From NCBI GenBank assembly GCA_951406725.2, contig OX597835.1:14570001-14634000 (forward strand): a stretch of DNA of 64,000 nt. Reading direction: 5' to 3'. Position 1 is the first letter of the stretch. Each line of letters begins with the position of its first letter. Position numbers and translations under genes: made by a program. The notes under the pieces were generated by a model, which saw only the letters and a list, made by a program, of their open reading frames with translations, made no database searches and was not told the origin of the DNA. Below are positions 55,836-64,000 of the stretch, piece after piece. This DNA is from Octopus vulgaris (Eukaryota).

Positions 55836-55836
<1 letters not shown>

Positions 55837-56209
55837 CCTTTCTATTAAAGGCACAAGGCCTGTAATACATCTACCCCAGTGCGTAACTGGTACTTAATTT
55901 ATCGACCCCGAAAAGATGAAAGGCAAAGTCGACCTCGGCAGAATTTGAATTCAGAACGTAAAGACAGACGAAATGCCTATTTCTTTACTACCCACAAGGG
56001 GCTAAACACAGAGGAGACAAACAAGGACAGACAGACGGATTAAGTCGATTGTATCGACCCCAGTGCGTAACTGGTACTTATTTAATCGACCTCGAAAAGA
56101 TGAAAGGCAAAGTCGACCTCGGCAGAATTTGAATTCAGAACGTAAAGACAGACGAAATACCGCTAAGCATTTTGGCCGGCGAGGTAACGATTCTGCTAGC
56201 TCGCCGCCT

Positions 56210-56210
<1 letters not shown>
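55836..56210 (-). mobile_element. dimeric SINE, family D, within (AAT)n
   Basis: Same junction aaagaaata|ggcatttcgtctgtc as 21711-22110. Confidence 0.87.
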
Positions 56211-56301
<91 letters not shown>

Positions 56302-56382
56302 GACATGACAGAGTTGGCCAGTATCTACATTGGATAGTTTGTCGGCATTATAAAATCAAAACTGCTGACAAATGTATGTATG

Positions 56383-56427
<45 letters not shown>

Positions 56428-56880
56428 GATTGACTTTCTGTTTGCATAATCAAAACCCATTCACAAGGTTTTGGCCGGCCCGTGGCTCTAACAGAAGACA
56501 CTTGTCCAAGATGTCACGCAGTGGGACCGAACCCGGAACCGTGTGTTTTGGAGGCAAGCTCACGACATACCTCACAGCCCTGCCATGATTTATTTGTTTG
56601 CCGTACAAGGAACTGAATTCCACTGCCTTTAGGGAACGTAGTCTCCTCTTCATTTGTTTTCCTTCCAGTGAGGTATAATTTCTTTTCCGAGCTTCTTCTT
56701 CTTCTTCTTCTTCTTGCCTTTCAAGTAATCCCCAATAGTCAACCTACCCTCCCTGCTTCCATCTACCTTCCATTTTCACAAGGCTACGCTACTGTTGCTG
56801 TTGGTTATGACAGTAAAGAATGGTGTTGTGTTCCCAGGCTGGCTTTTAGAAATGAGAATCATTCTAGCGCTATGCCTTGT

Positions 56881-56958
56881 TGCGCCTTGCGACGCCTTGT
56901 GACGCCCTGTGACGCCTTGTGACGCCTTGTGACACCTTGTGACGCCTTGTAATGCCTA
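56881..56958. repeat. 10-bp tandem repeat (GACGCCTTGT) x ~7
   Basis: Direct repeats. Confidence 0.93.
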
Positions 56959-57507
56959 GCTGCGTTTTGCTGTGTCCAAGAAACAGCAATCTCTGTGTTC
57001 TACTGTTTCAGGTTTTGTTCTTTGGTTTTACTGATTTTAAAATTTTTTCTTGTTCTTCTGGGTAGAATGATTTTAAATGGTCTTTTCTGTCGTATGTGTA
57101 GCAGCTTGGCTTCCTGACTGAAGGACCTGGAGTGATGCTTCTCTTGTGGTATCTACTTATATAGACACCATTACACATACACACATTCATACATACACAC
57201 GTACGTATGTACATACATATATAGAAAGATGATAATAAATACACACGGAGAAACATACACACATTCATGATATCCAATTGAAATTTGAGAAAGGGTAAGA
57301 ATAAGTAATATTTAACTCCCTACGTTTACGGCTGTTTCATTATTTGCTTTCAGTTACATCATCGACTCTCATTCGAAGATTCATACACATTGTATGCACT
57401 TCATATACGCTTTGTATGCACATATTCACACATATACGATTATACAATTGTTTAATTCTCTGATCCACAGCCTTAGGGGGCTGAAATATATAAAAGAACA
57501 AACGAAT

Positions 57508-57539
<32 letters not shown>

Positions 57540-57554
57540 GTATATGTATATACG

Positions 57555-57602
<48 letters not shown>

Positions 57603-57641
57603 TATACATATATATATATACATATATATATACATATATAC

Positions 57642-57717
<76 letters not shown>

Positions 57718-58223
57718 ACATATGTATATATATATACATATATATATATACATATATATATGTGTATATATGTACATATATATATATATATATATAATAT
57801 TATATTCTGTAATTTCGTTCTGTGTTGTAGCCAGCTAAGCCTTGCTAGCTAATTTTCGTTTCGGGCGCATCGGGACAAGATGGTAATTAATTATGTTAAT
57901 AAATATGAGTGAATAGCTCTGACTCTCAGTCAACAGCTGAGAAAAAAATATGATCCCGTTTCGTGTATGTTTAACCAATTGCCGAGGCTTAATTAGCATA
58001 CCACACACAAACATGCACAAATATGTATAAATGTTTGATCTCAAGTTATATACAAAAGCAATCAAACGTTAATCTCTAAGATAACTCAAATACTTTCTTC
58101 GGCAGAGTAAATGTTTAATAACGTTTGCAAAGAAACAGGTTGATTATGATTTTGAGGTTTCGGCTTGTTCACGTAAACTTCAAAGTCACTATCAACCTAA
58201 AAGTCAACGTATACATAGATATA

Positions 58224-58395
58224 TATTTCTTTACTGCCCATAAGGGGCTAAACATAGAGGGGACAAACAAGGACAGACAAACGGATTAAGTCGATTACAT
58301 CGACCTCAGTGCGAAACTGGTACTTTATTTATCGACCCCGAAAGGATGAAAGGCAAAGTCGACATCGGCGGAATTTGAACTCAGAACGTAACGAC
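58224..58395 (-). mobile_element. family D SINE, 5'-truncated, with LINE-like tail
   Basis: Revcomp ends agccccttatgggcagtaaagaaatatatatctatg. Confidence 0.83.
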
Positions 58396-59019
58396 TGAGT
58401 TCAAATAGATATTAGACAACAGTAATACCAAAAAATCGAGAGCCCACAACACATAAATCTGATATGTGTGCGCTTGAATGTGCGCTCGAGTGTATGTGTA
58501 TATATTCTTGTCTATTTCTTGTAACTTTCACTCATAAATAGATATCTGTCCATGTTTAAACTGTTTTTCTTTAATACACAAATCACCAGTATAAATCACC
58601 TCTACCATAACATATCTATATTCTCCACTGATTCCAAGAAACGAAGTTTTGACACGCACAAAATTCCTTTTGGATTTCTCTAATATACTTTCTCTTCCCA
58701 ACCTAAAACCCATTCGCTAATAAGGTTAAACTCCATACGTAAAGGGACTCCCTTTTTTTATTTATTTATCTAAAAATAATAGTAACTACACATACTCTTG
58801 CTTTTATTTTTATTATTTATTTTGCCTTGAAACATCTCCGAAATCGTAGGAGCATGAAATTATGTATAAAGCATCTCAACATGCTGAGAAATGTGATACC
58901 CAAACAAGAAATTGCACGGATTCTGAAATAAAATTTGAGCATGGTAGGTCTTCTTTCATTTTTTAATCTTCTACGACCAAAATCTGATATTTTTACTCGG
59001 GATCATATATTTGGGGTCT

Positions 59020-59029
59020 ATTATCATCA

Positions 59030-59090
<61 letters not shown>

Positions 59091-59115
59091 CATCATCATC
59101 ATCATCATCATCATG

Positions 59116-59195
<80 letters not shown>

Positions 59196-59208
59196 CATCA
59201 TCATCATC

Positions 59209-59250
<42 letters not shown>
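59020..59250. repeat. (ATT)n/(ATC)n microsatellite
   Basis: Direct repeats; source of poly-Y/H/I ORFs. Confidence 0.97.
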
Positions 59251-59369
59251 TCTTCAGTATTTTAATTTTTTTAATTTCAGACGTGACTAATTTCTTTCGG
59301 CTCCTTCTCCAAAAATTGTCATCTTGTGACATCAAAATTGTCATCAACTTAACTCGTGACATTCAGGTA

Positions 59370-59775
59370 GGGTCCAGTTAGAATTTTCTTCTGGTCGAGT
59401 AGCCCATCCCGCTCAAAAGGTCCCTGTATAAGGGTTGTTTAAGGATGTTCAACAAAAAAATAAAAAACACATTCCCAGAGGTGAATTATTCAAACCCCAA
59501 AGAATCCCTCTCAACACAAGGCTATGATGTTCCCCTACTACTTCTGCTCCTGATCAGAGATGCACATATCGTCAGCCACAAAGGGACCTGCTCAACTGGT
59601 TACGGTCAAACAACTGACAAGCACATCTGTGGTATTGAGCAGAATATTTGCTGTAGGCCATCCTTTATGCCAAGACAAAATAATGTACCTGATAACACTT
59701 CCAATCAGTGAAGATCAGAAGCCATGAGAGCCACTGCCTGGAACTGCACCAGGGCATAGTTATTATTATTATTAT
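59370..59775 (+). mobile_element. probable non-LTR element 3' end (unclassified) ending in (TTA)n
   Basis: GC-richer unique-looking block ending abruptly in ttattattatt; no recognisable protein motif. Confidence 0.3.
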
Positions 59776-60580
59776 CCATAGCCACCGGTCCTCTGTATCT
59801 GTCTTGGCATTCACATCTCTTGCAAACTCACCATACATTCTATTTTCCTTCCATGCTCTTTCTTTTATTTATTTATTTATTTTTGTTCATTTCTGGTTTA
59901 AATTTTTCTTTGGTAACACAATTTTCAGTTTTGATGACGTCGGGCTTCTTCGTGTGTTTCAACGGTGGTTCCACAGCATTTTTTGATATACCACCCTAAG
60001 CTGTTTTCCTCCGTTTCGATACAGCTCTGGCAACTGATCAAACCACTTCCACTCTTTCTAGGGTGTCTATCGGTGTCACTCTTAGGGTGGAAGGCTCCCA
60101 AGGTAACGAATTGGCTGAAACAAGAGCAGCATTTTTACGTTCTGAGCTCAAATTCCGCTGGGGTCGACATTGCCTTTCATCCTTTCGGCGCCTCCACACC
60201 TTATAGTAATAAATGGCTCTTGGTCAAAATGTCTTACAATGAGTGGTCAATCGTTCGATTAACTAAGCTACTAGACTTACTGAAAAATCAATATAAATGG
60301 CTGAGTACTCCGCAGGGACGTAAACCTCAGACAGAATCAGTGTGACAACGGTGTTTGATTCGGCTGAGCATTTGAATTACGGGTACTTTCCATCCGACAG
60401 ATTCCTATACGGTTTTCGTCTACCCATTTATTCTCTTACAAGGAATAAATCACCCCATGGATATAGTAAACAACACGTGACTACGATACACCGTTGCGAA
60501 CTCGAGACAGTGATCTCATAGTAACGAAGCCAACTCTTTATAATCATTCAGGTATACTGCGTTTTCAGAACCATTCTTGA

Positions 60581-60652
<72 letters not shown>

Positions 60653-61010
60653 ACACACACACAAACACACATGCACTATATATATATGGTAGGATATTGG
60701 ATTTAGAGGAGCTAGCAAAAATCACAGTAAGCACTCCCACAAGGAATCGGCTATCAGTTCACAGACTAATAAAATTAGGAAATTACGAAGCAGCAATTTT
60801 ACTTGTCCGTGCAACCGAAAATCCAGAATATACAAGTAGAACCTATTTCCACGATGAATAAATAATAATAATCATAATGACAAAATATGAGCGCATAACG
60901 AATTTGTAATATACACTATTTTTTATATTATTTTTTTTTCCCCAAAATAAAGAAGGTTTAAGAAAGGTTTTTCTGAAGTGGTATCGAAATATAATGATCC
61001 CCCACTGTAT

Positions 61011-61398
61011 GGAAGCACTCCGTCGGTTACGACGACGAGGGTTCCGATTGATCCGAATCAACGGAACAGCCTGCTCGTGAAATTAACGTGTAAGTGGCTG
61101 AGCACTCCACAGACACGTATACCCTTTAACGTAGTTCTCGGGGATATTCAGCGTGACACAGAGAGTGACAAGGCCGGCCCTTTGAAATACAGGTACAACA
61201 GAAACAGGAAGTAAGAGTGAGAGAAAGTTGTGGTGAAAGAGTACAGCAGGGATCACCACCATCCTCTGCCGAACCCTCGTGGAGCTTTTAGGTGTTTTCG
61301 CTCAATAAACACTCACAACGCCCGGTATGGGAATCGAAACCGTGATCCTATGACCGCGAGTCCGCTGCCCTAAACACTGGGCCATTGCGCCTCCACCT
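61011..61398 (-). mobile_element. tRNA-derived SINE, family B (tail type 3), with 10-bp TSD
   Basis: Near-identical revcomp of 46662-47050; TSD cccactgtat at 61001-61010 and 61399-61408. Confidence 0.92.
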
Positions 61399-62174
61399 CC
61401 CACTGTATATTGACCTTTATTTACACAAATGAAACAAACTGGAACATGTTAATTATTAGTTATGTGTAGCATCTTCATTACCTTTCCTCTGCTTTTACAA
61501 TTACCAACTATTTCTCACATGCTAACGATCTGCGGAGTTAATTAGAAATCCAGTCCCTTATTTCGTTGCACCATATTTCCTCTCGGCTTCTGATATCCTT
61601 TTTCGCTTATATATTGTTTTTTTTTTATTTCTTTGGTTCTTCTTTTGTTTTTTTCCAGGTTTGCTGCACCTGCATTCTTCTGATTATCTCACTTACCTGT
61701 AATTAGATCCACGATCAAACAACTCAAGAAGTATGTTGGAGAAGTAAAAAATAAAATTATAAAAGAGCAGACGAGTTATTACAGGCGCCGTTAGTTTCTA
61801 TAAGGGGTAACTTAATTGTTGCAGTGTAGTGTAATTCCAACCCGAACTACAATGTTCTACGTTGTTTTTAGTTACTGTTGAAGATACTGTTGTTGTTGTT
61901 GCCGTATTTGTAGTAGTAGTAGTAGTAGTAGTAGTTGTTGTTGTTGTTGTTGTTGTTGTGGTGGTGGTGGTGGTGGTGGTTGTACTTTTGTCTTTGCATT
62001 CTTACTTGAAATAATTACACACAGACACTTGTTTCTAGGTTGAAAAAAAAATTTAAGTCGATAGGAAAAATATATATGACACCCATCAATCAATAAATGC
62101 AATTATATATACATACATCATTGTAGACATACATATATTGGAATATGGACATGTCTTGCTATTATTATCATTAT

Positions 62175-62360
62175 CAAGGTAGCGAGCAGGTAGAAATGCT
62201 TTGCGGTATTTCGCCCGTCGCTACGTTCTGAGTTCAAATTCCGCTGAGGTCGACTTTGTCTTTCGTCCTTTCGGGCTCAATAAATCAAGTAGTGAAACAC
62301 TGAGGTCGATGTAATCGAATAGCCCCCAAAATTTCAAGCCTTGTGCCTATAACAGAAGGG

Positions 62361-62437
<77 letters not shown>

Positions 62438-62525
62438 GGCGGTCAGTTGGCAGAATCCTTAGCACGCTGGACGAAATGTTTAGCGGTATTTCGCCAGTCG
62501 CTACGGTCTGAGTTCAAATTCTGAG
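62175..62525 (+). mobile_element. family D SINE monomer with (ATT)n tail followed by a second truncated head
   Basis: gcggtatttcgcc..tcgctacg.tctgagttcaaatt occurs twice. Confidence 0.78.
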
Positions 62526-62697
62526 TTGCATATCTAGACATGGTCATATATATCTAAATGATAAACTTCTGGAAAGTTTTACAGATTTTAACAATTCCAT
62601 TGATGGATTGGATCTGTAGTCTTCGAATGTATGTATTTACGTATGTATGTGTGTATGTGTGTAAGTATAGGTAGACAGAAAGATATATATATATATA

Positions 62698-62833
62698 AAT
62701 TAGAAAAAAAATCACCTTTTATAAATTCAAAATGAACAATTAAATTACACCATCTAGAAAATTACATATAATAGAAATATTAAAACCAAAATAACAATAA
62801 TATTGAATTGATAAAAGGTGTTTTTTTCTAATT
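62698..62833. repeat. ~32-bp inverted repeat between (TA)n tracts
   Basis: aattagaaaaaaaatcaccttttataaattcaa vs ttgaattgataaaaggtgtttttttctaatt. Confidence 0.78.
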
Positions 62834-62925
62834 GTTATATATATATATATGTTATATTTTGTGAGATTTGATTTAGTATTTCTAAATTGAATTTTTCCCT
62901 GTAAGTTAGGAAATATATTCCCTCA

Positions 62926-62956
<31 letters not shown>

Positions 62957-63221
62957 GAAAGGTACATGCATATTATACTATGTACATACATGTTGATAAA
63001 TACATACACACACATTTGTATATTATTCACGTATATACATATATGTGTGCATGCATGCATGTATGTACATTGTGTGTATATTATATATGTGTGTGTGTGT
63101 GCATGAGTGTGTGTATGTATCACGTTTTCATTTTACTCTGAGTGAAAAGGAGATGAACGAGTTTCAAATAGGAGTGAAAATACTATTCCCCAGGTTCTGT
63201 AGTTCTCACAATGAGACATAA

Positions 63222-63484
<263 letters not shown>

Positions 63485-64000
63485 GTCTACGTCGAACTTT
63501 CTTACAGTTTCGATGGAAGTGAAACTATTCTATTATTGAAATACAATAATAAAAAAAAAAGAACTTTTAACTAACGAACGAGCCTTCTTTAAAATCACAA
63601 GGGAAAGGTCAGATATGATGGATGACATTTGTGATTTGGAATAAAACGAAGCTTTTCCATGCAACAATAGCACCTGTGCTTCAACGGTGACGGTTCTTCA
63701 CAAGGTTGACTTAAATACTTTTTTCTGTCTGATTTCCCAGTCTGTAACATTTGTCATAATTTTACAGTGATTTCAGGTATGAAACTAATATGAAATTCTC
63801 GCCTGTACTCATATGATTACATGTTTTCTGTATTCTGTATGCTAAATAATATTGGTTCCTATGTATGTATGTGTGTGCATGAATGTAACCCTCGTGCGAC
63901 TTTGCGGGGTTTTATCTCTGTTTCTTTTTTGTTTTCTTCTTCTGTTCCGTTTATTTGACTGGACTTTGCTCTAGCATCCGATGAAAGACCATATCCGAAA

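Noticed and set aside
62530-62627. Minus-strand IRRLQIQSING..KICKTFQKF resembling an RLE LINE C-terminus
   Set aside because: Too short and frameshifted to classify with confidence.
63750-63785. Possible 9-nt microexon ttttacag|tgatttcag|gtatga
   Set aside because: Such signals arise often by chance in AT-rich DNA; there is no supporting context.

Overview
AT-rich, extremely repeat-dense eukaryotic (animal) DNA. The microsatellite load and SINE families resemble octopus/cephalopod genomes; this is an inference I could not check against a database. No intact host protein-coding gene, rRNA, true tRNA or CRISPR array is supportable, and almost all ORF-track entries are translations of microsatellites. 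The window contains (TA)n, (CA)n, (CATA)n, (GATA)n and (AAT)n tracts, at least four SINE families, three non-autonomous Helitrons, decayed mariner/Tc1 elements, Penelope-like element (PLE) relics, an R4/Dong-like 3' fragment and two 5'-truncated Tx1/L1-like LINE copies. The most interesting signals are five. (1) The Tx1-like LINE copies sit in tandem inside (GATA)n, with GATA repeats at all four junctions, suggesting a GATA-microsatellite-specific retrotransposon. (2) Its last ~50 nt (stem-loop plus AATAAA) are shared with an abundant SINE, suggesting a LINE/SINE partner pair. (3) Many unrelated short elements at (TA)n tracts or in fold-backs carry minimal hammerhead ribozyme motifs. (4) A recent multi-step template-switch inverted duplication lies at 38.6-40.0 kb. 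(5) There is a possible decayed LRR-protein relic at ~50 kb. Coordinates of degenerate repeats are approximate.
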